Shown: positions 19,808 to 28,760 of the stretch, piece by piece | Layout of the letters: the number at the start of each line of letters is the position of its first letter | How positions within the stretch are numbered: position 1 is the first letter of the stretch | DNA from: Paracoccus suum | Lineage (GTDB): Bacteria; Pseudomonadota; Alphaproteobacteria; Rhodobacterales; Rhodobacteraceae | Direction of reading: 5' to 3' | DNA length: 32,000 bases | Assembly (NCBI RefSeq): GCF_003324675.1 | Contig: NZ_CP030918.1 | Coordinates: 450,001 to 482,000 of the forward strand | Notes under the pieces: generated by a model | The model's input: only the letters and a program-made list of their open reading frames with translations | What the model was told of the DNA's origin: nothing | Database searches by the model: none | Position numbers and translations under genes: made by a program

Positions 19808-20329
19808 ATGACCGACGACACCGGAACCCCGAAGGCCGGCCGCCAGCACGAGGCCGACGTGGCCTTCATCCAGTCGCTGGCCCAGCTTTTGAACAGCAAC
19901 GAGTTGACCGAACTGAAGGTCGACCGCGAATACGGCGAAAACGACCGCCTGACCGTGCGCGTCGTCAAGCAGGCGGGACAGGTCCTGGTTCAGGCGCCGA
20001 TGATGCAGCAGATGCCGACGCCGATGGGCGGTTACGCCCCGGCGCCGCTCTCCGCGCCCGCCGCCATCGAGGCATCCTCCGATCCGGCCTCGCTGCCGGG
20101 CGCGGTGCCCTCGCCCATGGTCGGCACGGCCTATCTCTCGCCCGAGCCTGGGGCCTCGGTGTTCGTCACCGTCGGCCAACAGGTGGCCGAGGGCGACACG
20201 CTGATGATCATCGAGGCGATGAAGACGATGAACCACATCCCGGCCCCGCGCGCCGGCATCGTCAAGCGCATCCTGGTCGAGGACGGCACCCCGGTCGAGT
20301 TCGGCACGCCCCTGATGATCGTCGAGTGA
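19808..20329 (+). CDS. accB: acetyl-CoA carboxylase biotin carboxyl carrier protein
   Basis: 173 aa with a Pro/Ala linker and the biotinylation motif [11 protein letters not shown]. Confidence 0.92.
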   Translation: MTDDTGTPKAGRQHEADVAFIQSLAQLLNSNELTELKVDREYGENDRLTVRVVKQAGQVLVQAPMMQQMPTPMGGYAPAPLSAPAAIEASSDPASLPGAVPSPMVGTAYLSPEPGASVFVTVGQQVAEGDTLMIIEAMKTMNHIPAPRAGIVKRILVEDGTPVEFGTPLMIVE

Positions 20330-20339
20330 GGCAGGGCCG

Positions 20340-21686
20340 ATGTTCGACAAGATCCTGATCGCCAACCGGGGCGAAATCGCGCTGCGCGTCGTGCGTGCCT
20401 GCCGCGAGATGGGGATCGCATCTGTTGCGGTCCATTCGACCGCCGACAGCGACGCGATGCATGTGCGCATGGCCGACGAATCCGTCTGCATCGGGCCGCC
20501 GCCCTCGACCGACAGCTACCTGTCGATCCCGGCCATCGTCTCGGCCTGCGAGATCACTGGCGCGCAGGCGATCCACCCCGGCTACGGCTTTTTGTCCGAG
20601 AACGCGGCCTTCGTTCAGGTGCTCGAGGATCACGGCATCACCTTCATCGGTCCCTCGGCCGAACATATCCGGCTGATGGGCGACAAGATCACCGCCAAGG
20701 AAACCGCCAAGTCCCTGGGCATCCCGGTCGTGCCCGGCAGCGACGGCGGCGTCGCCGATGTCGAGACCGCGCTGCGCACCGCCGCGGAAATCGGCTACCC
20801 GGTCATCATCAAGGCCACGGCTGGCGGCGGCGGGCGCGGCATGAAGGTCGCGCATAACGCCGGTGAGTTGGAGGTCGCGTTCCGCACCGCACGCTCCGAG
20901 GCCAAGGCCGCCTTCGGCAACCCCGAAGTCTACATGGAGAAATACCTCCAGCGCCCGCGCCACATCGAAGTGCAGGTCTTTGGCGACGGCAACGGCCGCG
21001 CCGTCCATCTGGGCGAGCGCGACTGCTCACTGCAGCGACGTCACCAGAAGGTACTGGAGGAAGCGCCCGGCCCGGTCATCACCGCCGAGGAGCGCGCGCG
21101 CATCGGCGGCATCTGCGCCGAGGCCATGGCCAAGCTGAACTACCGCGGCGCCGGCACCATCGAGTTCCTGTTCGAAGACGGCGAGTTCTATTTCATCGAG
21201 ATGAACACCCGCCTGCAGGTCGAGCATCCGGTGACCGAGGCGGTCTATGGCGTCGATCTGGTGCGCGAGCAGATCCGCGTCGCGGCCGGCGAGCCGATGT
21301 CCTTCGCGCAGGCCGACCTGGTCCCGCGCGGCCACGCCATCGAGGTCCGGATCAACGCCGAGAAGCTGCCCAATTTCGCGCCCTCGCCGGGCCGGATCAC
21401 CCAATATCACGCGCCCGGCGGCCTCGGCGTGCGGATCGACAGCGCGATTTACGACGGCTACAAGATCCCGCCCTATTACGACAGCCTGATCGGCAAGCTG
21501 ATCGTCCACGGCCGCGACCGCCCCGAGGCGATCGCCCGCCTCAGCCGTGCGCTGGGCGAGTTGATCGTCGATGGCGTCGATACCACCGTGCCGCTGTTCC
21601 GCGCGCTGCTTGAAGAGCCCGACATCCAGCGCGGCGATTATTCGATCCACTGGCTGGAGCGCTGGCTGGCGCAGAACCTGGCCTGA
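20340..21686 (+). CDS. accC: acetyl-CoA carboxylase biotin carboxylase subunit
   Basis: 448 aa with [24 protein letters not shown] and [16 protein letters not shown] motifs. Confidence 0.95.
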   Translation: MFDKILIANRGEIALRVVRACREMGIASVAVHSTADSDAMHVRMADESVCIGPPPSTDSYLSIPAIVSACEITGAQAIHPGYGFLSENAAFVQVLEDHGITFIGPSAEHIRLMGDKITAKETAKSLGIPVVPGSDGGVADVETALRTAAEIGYPVIIKATAGGGGRGMKVAHNAGELEVAFRTARSEAKAAFGNPEVYMEKYLQRPRHIEVQVFGDGNGRAVHLGERDCSLQRRHQKVLEEAPGPVITAEERARIGGICAEAMAKLNYRGAGTIEFLFEDGEFYFIEMNTRLQVEHPVTEAVYGVDLVREQIRVAAGEPMSFAQADLVPRGHAIEVRINAEKLPNFAPSPGRITQYHAPGGLGVRIDSAIYDGYKIPPYYDSLIGKLIVHGRDRPEAIARLSRALGELIVDGVDTTVPLFRALLEEPDIQRGDYSIHWLERWLAQNLA

Positions 21687-21718
21687 GGCGGTCCTGCCGC
21701 AACCCGAGGATGATCACG

Positions 21719-22096
21719 ATGGCCTGGAAACCGGACGGCTACCCCGAGGTCAGCCCCTATCTGATCGTCAGTGACGCCGAGCGCACCCTGGCCTTTCTGG
21801 AACGTGCCTTCGGGGCGACGCGCCTGCGCGTCATGCCCCGGCAGGGCGGCAAGGGGCTGATGCATGCCGAGGCGCGCATTGGCAGTGGCGTCGTCATGAT
21901 GGGCGAGATGCCCGAGGCGGTGCCGAGCCACGTCCACATCTATGTCCCCGACGTGCTGGCCGCCTACGAGCGGGCACTTGCCGCCGGCGGCGAGGTGGTC
22001 AAGCCGCCGACCCAGGACGATGAGGGCGATCTGCGCGGCGGAGTCGCGGACGGGAATGGCACCACATGGTGGATCTCGACCCAGACCCGGGACTGA
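21719..22096 (+). CDS. VOC (glyoxalase/bleomycin-resistance) family protein
   Basis: Track ORF 21710..22096. ATG at 21719 has GAGGA 8 nt upstream. About 125 aa with a single-VOC-domain pattern (VSPYLIVSDAERTLAFLERAFGA...HAEARIGSGVVMMGE). Confidence 0.72.
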   Translation: MAWKPDGYPEVSPYLIVSDAERTLAFLERAFGATRLRVMPRQGGKGLMHAEARIGSGVVMMGEMPEAVPSHVHIYVPDVLAAYERALAAGGEVVKPPTQDDEGDLRGGVADGNGTTWWISTQTRD

Positions 22097-22136
22097 GGCG
22101 CGTCAGATCCTGCCACAGTCCCTCCGAGTCCCCTGC

Positions 22137-22751
22137 ATGCTGAGCCCCGCGCAACTGCTGGCGGGGTATGCCTCGGGTGTATTTCCCATGGCCGATCGGG
22201 CCGACGATCCCGAACTCTACTGGGTCGACCCGCCGTGGCGTGGTGTGCTGCCGGTCGGGGGCATCCACCTGTCCCGCTCGACCCGTCGCAGTCTCGCGCG
22301 CGGCGGGTGGCGCGCGACGCTGAACGCCGATTTCGCCGGCACCGTGAAGGCCTGCGCCGCCCGGCCCGAGACCTGGATCAACGCCCCCCTGCACCGCCTT
22401 TATGCCCAGTTGCACGCGGCCGGGCGGGCACATTCGGTCGAGGTCTGGCAGGACGGCGCCCTCGCCGGCGGGGTGTTCGGGGTCAGCCTCGGCGGGGCGT
22501 TCTTTGGCGAGAGCATGTTTTCCACCCGGACCAACGGCTCGAAACTGGCGCTGCACTGGCTGTCGGTGCAGTTGCAGGACTGCGGCTTCAAGCTGTTCGA
22601 CACCCAGTTCCTGACGCCGCACCTCGCCAGCCTCGGCGGGGTGGAGATCAGCCGCGCCGCCTATCACCGCCGCCTCGCCACGGCGATCCTGGCGGAGGCC
22701 CGGCTGGCTGGGCCATTGCCGGACGCCGGCGATTTGCTGGCCCGCGGCTAG
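22137..22751 (+). CDS. aat: leucyl/phenylalanyl-tRNA--protein transferase
   Basis: 204-aa tail of track ORF 21942..22751, starting at MLSPAQLLAGYASGVFPMAD. Contains GGAFFGESMFS and FKLFDTQFLTPHLASLGG motifs. Confidence 0.88.
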   Translation: MLSPAQLLAGYASGVFPMADRADDPELYWVDPPWRGVLPVGGIHLSRSTRRSLARGGWRATLNADFAGTVKACAARPETWINAPLHRLYAQLHAAGRAHSVEVWQDGALAGGVFGVSLGGAFFGESMFSTRTNGSKLALHWLSVQLQDCGFKLFDTQFLTPHLASLGGVEISRAAYHRRLATAILAEARLAGPLPDAGDLLARG

Positions 22752-22802
22752 GAGGGCTCGCAGGCAGCTGCGATCACGGCTGCGCGGCCGCGGCGTTGCC
22801 CT

Positions 22803-22816
22803 GTTCGGCGCCGAAC
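22803..22816. repeat. perfect 14-bp palindrome GTTCGGCGCCGAAC in the aat><DUF2155 convergent spacer
   Basis: Read directly. It has no loop and no flanking U-tract. Confidence 0.8.
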
Positions 22817-22938
22817 TGCCGCCGCCAGAGCCCCGACAAGAGACGCGAGACGCCGCCGGGAAGTATGGACGGTCGCCGGCCTCGCTCGCGTCACGACTGA
22901 GTTGCTCGCGCGCCCGATATGCAGCGCAGGCGGCCCGA

Positions 22939-23439
22939 TCAGGGCTGGATCGGCGCGGTTTCGCCAAGGTCTGCTTCGGCATCCGCGGCAGTCTCGCCGT
23001 CTTCCGGCGGCACCGGGTCCGGCTCGAACTGCAGCGGTGCTTTGCCTGTTACGCAGTTGACCACCCAGATATCATAGCGCGCGTCGTCGAGGGCCGAGAG
23101 GGCCGGGGACGAGGCGATCATCCACCCGGCGAATACGGTCTGCTTGCGGATGCTGTCAGTGATCGTCAGTTCGGCAAAGGCGTCCGAATCGGGATCGTCT
23201 GCGGGATAGCGGCACTCGCCCAGGCGCACTTCGAGACGGCCAAAATTGGTCGCCTCCCCCACCTTCAACGGCATGTCGCGGGTCGTACCGGTGATCTTGT
23301 CGAGCCCGCGCAGCAACGCGGCATCGGACCGCGCCGCGCCTGACGGCGGCGCCGGTGCGGGCGGATTGTCGTCTTGCGCGAGGGCTGGCAGCGGCAGCAG
23401 TACCGCCATCGCTGCCACGATCAGCCACGCCCGGGTCAC
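22939..23439 (-). CDS. DUF2155-domain periplasmic protein
   Basis: 166 aa. Signal peptide [21 protein letters not shown]|QD. Contains LRGLDKITGTTRDMPLKVGEATNFGRLEVRLGECRYP, characteristic of DUF2155. Confidence 0.8.
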   Translation of the reverse strand: MTRAWLIVAAMAVLLPLPALAQDDNPPAPAPPSGAARSDAALLRGLDKITGTTRDMPLKVGEATNFGRLEVRLGECRYPADDPDSDAFAELTITDSIRKQTVFAGWMIASSPALSALDDARYDIWVVNCVTGKAPLQFEPDPVPPEDGETAADAEADLGETAPIQP

Positions 23440-24017
23440 TGTGCCGGCACCGGGGCGGGGGTGGCATCGGACGGACCCGATGTGGGGGTCACTTCTGCAG
23501 GCGCAGAGGTCGCGGGGGCGGCCGCCGCAGGCGGAGGGGCCGCGCCTGCGGGGGCCGCTCCTTCCGGAGCCGGCGCACCCTTGCTGTCCACGAATTTCAT
23601 CATCAGCGACAGCAGGCTGACGCTGCCCTGCACGTCCTCGATCTCGTCGCCCGGGGCCAGCAAGTCGGGGCTGCCGCCGGGTTGCAACTCGAGATAACCG
23701 CCGCCCAGCAAGCCGTTCTGCTGGATCAGCGCCGCACTATCGACCGCCAGCTTGACGCTGTTGGGTACCGACAGCGTCGCCTCGGCATAGTAGGTCTCGG
23801 GGTTCAGGCGGATGCCGGTCACGCGGCCGATCGGCACCCCGGCCAGGCGCACGTCGGTGCCGACCTCGACCCCCTCGATATTGGGAAAGGCCGCGCGCAG
23901 GACATAGCTGCCGGTGGCCGCCGCGCCGCCGCGCATCGTCGACCACGCCAGAAAGCCAGCCGCGACGGCCAGCACAACCGCCCCCGCGATCAGTTCGGCG
24001 CGCGGTGTGTCAGTCAT
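23436..24017 (-). CDS. mlaD: MlaD/MCE-domain protein (outer-membrane lipid asymmetry MlaD-like) with a Pro/Ala-rich C-terminal tail
   Basis: 193-aa tail of track ORF 23436..24386, starting at [25 protein letters not shown] (N-terminal TM). MCE core [23 protein letters not shown]. 4-nt overlaps with both neighbouring genes. Confidence 0.8.
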   Translation of the reverse strand: MTDTPRAELIAGAVVLAVAAGFLAWSTMRGGAAATGSYVLRAAFPNIEGVEVGTDVRLAGVPIGRVTGIRLNPETYYAEATLSVPNSVKLAVDSAALIQQNGLLGGGYLELQPGGSPDLLAPGDEIEDVQGSVSLLSLMMKFVDSKGAPAPEGAAPAGAAPPPAAAAPATSAPAEVTPTSGPSDATPAPVPAQ

Positions 24018-24394
24018 TGCTGATCCGGCGACCAGGCGACGTAATCGCTGCGCGGCAGCGGCACGGCATTCATGATCGAGCCGGGCGGGTAATAGGCCCC
24101 GGGCGTGCCGGTCAGATTCGACAGCAGCGGCTTTTCCCAATCCTTGCGCGGCAGCGGATCGCGGGTCGGGGGCAGCGCGTAGGTGTGGTGCAGCCAGCCG
24201 TGCCACTCGGCCGGGACCATGCTCGCCTCGGCCTCGCCCTGGTAGATCACCCAGCGACGCTTGCCGCCGGCGGTCTGGTAATAGACGTTGCCCGAGGAAT
24301 CCTCGCCGACCCGTTCGCCATGGCGCCAGGTCCACAGCCGGGTGTTCAGGGTCTGGCGGTCCCACCAGCCGAAAACGCGGGTCCAAAAACTCAT
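24014..24394 (-). CDS. NADH:ubiquinone oxidoreductase subunit NDUFA12-family protein
   Basis: 126-aa tail of track ORF 24014..24550, starting at [40 protein letters not shown]. Contains RRWVIY...[11 protein letters not shown] typical of NDUFA12/B17.2-like proteins. Confidence 0.85.
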   Translation of the reverse strand: MSFWTRVFGWWDRQTLNTRLWTWRHGERVGEDSSGNVYYQTAGGKRRWVIYQGEAEASMVPAEWHGWLHHTYALPPTRDPLPRKDWEKPLLSNLTGTPGAYYPPGSIMNAVPLPRSDYVAWSPDQQ

Positions 24395-24491
24395 GGCGGC
24401 ATCCCCTGGATGGCGGCGGGTCAGTGTTGGTCCGCTGTATCGCGCAAAGGGGTGCGCAGGTCCAGTGGCACGGCTTTGCTGGCGGGGCGCC

Positions 24492-24527
24492 GGCCGGGCG
24501 CGCGCGTCTGGCGCGCGGGGCCCGGCC
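24492..24527. repeat. GC-rich interrupted inverted repeat (about 13-14 bp potential stem) in the NDUFA12<>DUF4177 divergent spacer
   Basis: GGCCGGG-c-GCGCGC-gtctg-GCGCGC-gggg-CCCGGCC. Confidence 0.5.
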
Positions 24528-24567
24528 TTGCTACACCCGCCCCCAGCCACCCGAACGGAGCCGCCGG

Positions 24568-25002
24568 ATGAGCCGATACGAATACACCGCCATCCCCGCC
24601 CCCCAGCGCGGCGACAAGGTCCGCGGCGCCAAGACGCCGGGCGACCGCTTCGCCCAGTCGCTAACGGCAGTGCTGAATGACATGGCGGAGCGCGGCTGGG
24701 AATATGTCCGTGCCGAGACCCTGCCCTCGGAGGAGCGTAGCGGCCTGACCGGGCGCACGACCGTCTGGCACAACCTGCTGATTTTTCGCCGCGGTGTTCG
24801 TGCCGCGCCCGCGCTTGAGGTCGTCACGCCCGCGGCCCGGCCGCCAGTCACGACCCCCGCTCCCCTGCCGCCCGTGCCGCCCGTGACACCGGCGCGCCAG
24901 GAAACCCCGGCCGAGTTCCCGGCCGCGCCAACTTCGGCCCCTGCGCCGGCTCCCACTCCGGTCCGGCCGCCTGCGCCCGTGGAGGCCGACCCGCAGGGCT
25001 GA
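24568..25002 (+). CDS. DUF4177-domain protein with a Pro/Ala-rich C-terminal tail
   Basis: 144-aa tail of track ORF 24424..25002, starting at [12 protein letters not shown]. Contains [15 protein letters not shown]...LLIFRR, matching the DUF4177 pattern. Confidence 0.68.
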   Translation: MSRYEYTAIPAPQRGDKVRGAKTPGDRFAQSLTAVLNDMAERGWEYVRAETLPSEERSGLTGRTTVWHNLLIFRRGVRAAPALEVVTPAARPPVTTPAPLPPVPPVTPARQETPAEFPAAPTSAPAPAPTPVRPPAPVEADPQG

Positions 25003-25006
25003 CGGG

Positions 25007-26305
25007 TCAGGCGTTCGCCAGCGCGGCCCGCTCGGCTGCGGGATAAAGGCGGTACATCATCACTGCCCGCGTAAGGTTCAGGATGGTCAGCGCCGCCCAG
25101 AGCCCGTGATTGCCCATGACCGGCATCAGTACCACCACCGCCACCACATAGAGGCCGACCGCCGCCATCATCGCGCGGCGCATCTCGGCGGTCAGCGTGG
25201 CGCCGATGAAAACACCGTCCAGCATCCACGCCGCGACCCCGACCAGCGGCACGGCGGCGAGCCAGGGCAAATATTCGCGCGCCGCGCCGCGGACGTCGGG
25301 GGCGACGGTCAGCAGGTCGATGATCGGCCCGCCGCCGACCCAGAAGGCAACCGCCAGCAGCGCCGCGCCAGCCAGCGCCCATTGCGAGGTCAGCACCGCC
25401 GCGCGGCGCACCGACGCCGGCCGCCCCGCGCCCACCGCCTGCCCGACCAGCGTCTCGGCCGCGAAGGCAAAACCGTCCAGCGCATAGGCCGTGATCTGCA
25501 GGAATTGCAGCAACACCTGGTTGGCCGCCAGCGTGACATCGCCAAGCCCCGCGCCAAGGAACATGAACGCGGTGACCGCCCCCTGCAGCAGGATCGAGCG
25601 GACCATGATGTCGCTGTTGACCCGCGCAAACCGCACCATCTGGTCGCGCGCAAACAGATCGGCCCGGCGCAGCGCCGGCACGATGGCATGGCGCGCCAGC
25701 CACAGGCCCAGTGCCAGACCGGCCCATTCGGCGACCAGCGTCGCCGCCGCCACCCCGGGCACGCCCCAGGCCAGGCCGAGGACGAACCACAGGGCCAGCA
25801 CGATATTGGTCACGGTAATGACCAATTGCAGGACCATGACGGCGCGCGTCCGCTCGGCCCCGATCAGCCAGCCGTTTACCGCGTACAGCGCAATCGTCGC
25901 CGGGGCGCCCCAGATGCGGATCTGCAGATACTGGCGGGCCAGCGCCTCTACCTCAGGCGAAGCTGGTGACAGCGCGAAGGCGGCGCGCATCCACAGCCAC
26001 TGCGTTGCGATGAACAAGGCGCCCGCCCCCAGCCCGATCACCAGCGCCCGCATCAGGTGAACGCCGGTGTTGCGCCCCGCACCATGAGCCTGCGCCACCA
26101 GCCCGGTGGTGCCCATGCGCAGAAAACTGAAAACCCAGTAGATCGAGGCGAGAATCACCGCGCCCATGCCGACAGCCCCGATGGGCGCGGCCGAGCCAAG
26201 TTGGCCGATGACGCCGGTATCCACCACACCCAGCAGCGGGATGGTCGCGTTCGACAGCACGATCGGCACCGCCACCGCCAGCACGCGGCGGTTCGTCAGG
26301 GGCAT
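25007..26305 (-). CDS. MATE-family efflux transporter (DinF-like)
   Basis: Within track ORF 25007..26671. Start placed at MPLTNRRVLAVAVPIVLSNATIPLLGVVDTGVIGQLG. About 12 TM segments over 432 aa. A GTG at 26332 is an alternative start. Confidence 0.85.
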   Translation of the reverse strand: MPLTNRRVLAVAVPIVLSNATIPLLGVVDTGVIGQLGSAAPIGAVGMGAVILASIYWVFSFLRMGTTGLVAQAHGAGRNTGVHLMRALVIGLGAGALFIATQWLWMRAAFALSPASPEVEALARQYLQIRIWGAPATIALYAVNGWLIGAERTRAVMVLQLVITVTNIVLALWFVLGLAWGVPGVAAATLVAEWAGLALGLWLARHAIVPALRRADLFARDQMVRFARVNSDIMVRSILLQGAVTAFMFLGAGLGDVTLAANQVLLQFLQITAYALDGFAFAAETLVGQAVGAGRPASVRRAAVLTSQWALAGAALLAVAFWVGGGPIIDLLTVAPDVRGAAREYLPWLAAVPLVGVAAWMLDGVFIGATLTAEMRRAMMAAVGLYVVAVVVLMPVMGNHGLWAALTILNLTRAVMMYRLYPAAERAALANA

Positions 26306-26324
26306 GGGCACGGTGGCCGTCGCC

Positions 26325-26876
26325 TCAGTCACGGCGTTGCGGCAGCAGGAAATGCCCGGTCGCCTGCGCCAGCAGCTTGGCGCGGTTATCCTGCCATGCC
26401 TCGACCTGAACGCTGGCATAGCGCCGCCCCGAACGCACCACACGCGCCCGCGCATAGGCATCGCGCGGCAGGCCGGAACGCAGGTAATCGACGGTAAGGT
26501 CGATGGTCTTGGGCAGCCGGTGCAGGCGGTCCCCGATCGCGGCATCGGCGGCGCGCGGCGCGCTTTCCATTTCGTCCCAGAGCAGGCTCCAGGCCAGTTC
26601 GACAATGGCCGCGGTCTCCAGGAACGCGGCGGTGGCGCCGCCATGCAGCGCCGGCAGCAGCGGGTTGCCAATCAGCTTGGGATCGAACGGCATGACCGCC
26701 GTCAATTCGTCCCCGCGCCGGTCAAAGCGGATGCCGAGGAATTGCAGGTAGGGAATCGATTCGACCATCGATTGCAGCACGCCATCGCGGCGCGACTTGA
26801 TCTGCGCCAGCGGCTCGTTGCGCGGGCCGGGTGCATCAGCCGCGGCAGGCTCAGTCTTCTTTTCGACCTCAGCCAT
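26325..26876 (-). CDS. PaaI-family (hotdog-fold) thioesterase, second of a tandem pair
   Basis: 183-aa tail of track ORF 26325..27038, starting at [10 protein letters not shown]. Contains [20 protein letters not shown] and IDLTVDYLR, matching the PaaI/4HBT pattern. Confidence 0.8.
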   Translation of the reverse strand: MAEVEKKTEPAAADAPGPRNEPLAQIKSRRDGVLQSMVESIPYLQFLGIRFDRRGDELTAVMPFDPKLIGNPLLPALHGGATAAFLETAAIVELAWSLLWDEMESAPRAADAAIGDRLHRLPKTIDLTVDYLRSGLPRDAYARARVVRSGRRYASVQVEAWQDNRAKLLAQATGHFLLPQRRD

Positions 26877-27288
26877 TCGTGAACGCCCCCGCTGCGGTGG
26901 CCACCGGCCGCGCCTCGTCGTCGTCATGGGCGGTAGCGCGCACGAACACGACGCTGCGAGTGACGTGATAGCTGATTGCCTTGGCCCGCAGGCCCTGTCC
27001 CGGCGCCGCGCCCCGCATGTAATCGATCCGCAGATCAAGTGTCGCGGTGCTGCCCGGCTGGGCAGGATCGCTCATCACTGCTGCGCCGCAGGCGGTGTCC
27101 AGCAGGGCCGAGACGACGCCGCCGTGAATCACCCCGCTGGCCGGATCGCCGACGAAGCGCGGGTCCCAGTCCATCGCGATCTCGGCCTCGCCGGCACCGA
27201 TGTTCACCAGCCGCATGCCCAGAGCCTGCGCCAGCGGGATCGCCTCGATGAACTGCCGGGCCACGCGGACCCTCGTCTCGTCATCCAT
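26869..27288 (-). CDS. PaaI-family (hotdog-fold) thioesterase, first of a tandem pair
   Basis: 139-aa tail of track ORF 26869..27345, starting at [28 protein letters not shown]. Contains [17 protein letters not shown] and LDLRIDYMR. Overlaps the next thioesterase gene by 8 nt. Confidence 0.8.
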   Translation of the reverse strand: MDDETRVRVARQFIEAIPLAQALGMRLVNIGAGEAEIAMDWDPRFVGDPASGVIHGGVVSALLDTACGAAVMSDPAQPGSTATLDLRIDYMRGAAPGQGLRAKAISYHVTRSVVFVRATAHDDDEARPVATAAGAFTNG

Positions 27289-27321
27289 GCGTCTGATCCT
27301 CCGCATTGCCCGCGCCACGCT

Positions 27322-27361
27322 TACCGGACCTGCGGCGCGGCGCAAGCCGAGCTACCGGACC
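27322..27361. promoter_or_regulatory. direct 9-mer repeat TACCGGACC x2, 31 bp apart, in the thioesterase<>merR divergent spacer
   Basis: Copies at 27322-27330 and 27353-27361, with a partial third copy TACCGtgg at 27393-27400. No function demonstrated. Confidence 0.3.
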
Positions 27362-27427
27362 CGTCGCGGTTGAGATCGGCGGCCAGCCGCACTACCGTGG
27401 CGTAAATCCTCCTTGCGGGACGAGCCG

Positions 27428-27808
27428 ATGATCGAAGCGCCCGAACTGACCTTCAAGGAAATGTGCAGCCGGTTCGACGTGACCCCGCGCACACTGCGCT
27501 ATTACGAGTACATCGAACTGCTCAGCCCCCGTAAAGAGGGCCGGGCCCGCTACTACAGCCCGCGCGAGGTGGCGCGCATGACGCTGATCCTGCGCGGCCG
27601 CCGGTTCGGCTTCAGCTTGGAGCAGATTCGCCAGTGGTTGGGCATCTATGGCGAGAAGGGCACGCGCGAGCAGTACCAGGTCTGGCTGGAACTTGCGGAC
27701 GGGCAGTTGAGCGTGCTGGACGGCCAGATCGCCGAACTGCAGGCATCGCGCGACGAACTGGCGTCGCTTCGCGACGAATCGGCGCGGCTGTTGGACAAGA
27801 TGGCCTAG
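27428..27808 (+). CDS. MerR-family transcriptional regulator
   Basis: Track ORF 27413..27808 (TTG start); ATG at 27428 preferred. Winged HTH LTFKEMCSRFDVTPRTLRYYEYIELLSP, followed by a coiled-coil dimerisation helix. No obvious metal-binding Cys cluster. Confidence 0.8.
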   Translation: MIEAPELTFKEMCSRFDVTPRTLRYYEYIELLSPRKEGRARYYSPREVARMTLILRGRRFGFSLEQIRQWLGIYGEKGTREQYQVWLELADGQLSVLDGQIAELQASRDELASLRDESARLLDKMA

Positions 27809-27944
27809 GACGGGCGCAGGCGCGGACGCCAGGGGGCGCCCACGCCGAAACAACGCTACTCGTTACCTACGGCCGGACCGTGGCGACATGCGGTGACGGC
27901 GCCGTGACAGTCGGCGGCGCATAGGCGGCGGGCCGCCACCCCCC

Positions 27945-28730
27945 TCAGCCCCCGACCGTCAGAACTACCCGCGGGCCGGCAAACCAACTGCGGCCATATT
28001 CGATCGGACGGTCACGGTGATCGATGTTGATAGCGTCGGTCCGTAGCAGGGGCGCACCGGAAGGCAGGCCCAGTTGCGCCGCCTGCGCTGCATCCGCCAA
28101 CTCGGCCGCGATCCGGGTCGAGGCGCGCCGCCAGTCGGGAATGCCGCATGCGGCAAACGCGGCGCTGACAGAACCCTCGCGCCACAGGGCCTGCGGCAAG
28201 TCGGGCAGCGCCTCGGCCGGGAATGCCGACTGGAAAAGCGCAATCGGCGCGCCATCGGCCAGCGACGCGCCATTGGCGACATGGACCAAGGCGCCAGGGG
28301 CCAGGCCCAGTGCCTCGGCCTCGCGCGGGTCGGCGGGACGGGTGACAATGGCGGCGATGCGCCTGCCCGGCAGGCGCCCGGCGAGAGCCAGGTTGCGGCG
28401 AAAGCTGACCCGCCCGCCCAGCGGATAGTCGACCGGAACTGCCGTCACCAGCACGCCCGCGCCGCGGCGGGAATAGGTCAGCCCCTCGGCCGTCAGGGCA
28501 GCGATGGCCTGGCGCACCGTATGACGATGCACCCCGAATCGCGCTGCCAGAACCTCGGCCGAGGGCAGCCGCTGCCCCGCCGGGAAGCGCCCGGCGGCGA
28601 TGTCGGCGCGCAGCGATTCGGCGATGGCCTGCCAGATGGCCACGCCGCCTTTGGCAGCAAGGCCGGTCTTGTTGGAATCATCAACGAAATCGCCGCCATC
28701 AGGCGTCACTGAAATTTCACCTTTCGCCAT
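27945..28730 (-). CDS. phnF: phosphonate-metabolism transcriptional regulator PhnF (GntR/HutC family)
   Basis: 261-aa tail of track ORF 27945..28988, starting at MAKGEISV. GntR wHTH LPSAEVLAARFGVHRHTVRQAIAALTAEGL plus a UTRA-like C-domain. Divergent from phnG. A GTG at 28643 is a possible shorter start. Confidence 0.8.
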   Translation of the reverse strand: MAKGEISVTPDGGDFVDDSNKTGLAAKGGVAIWQAIAESLRADIAAGRFPAGQRLPSAEVLAARFGVHRHTVRQAIAALTAEGLTYSRRGAGVLVTAVPVDYPLGGRVSFRRNLALAGRLPGRRIAAIVTRPADPREAEALGLAPGALVHVANGASLADGAPIALFQSAFPAEALPDLPQALWREGSVSAAFAACGIPDWRRASTRIAAELADAAQAAQLGLPSGAPLLRTDAINIDHRDRPIEYGRSWFAGPRVVLTVGG

Positions 28731-28760
28731 CTGGACGTGGGCCTCGTGTGGGGATAAAAG

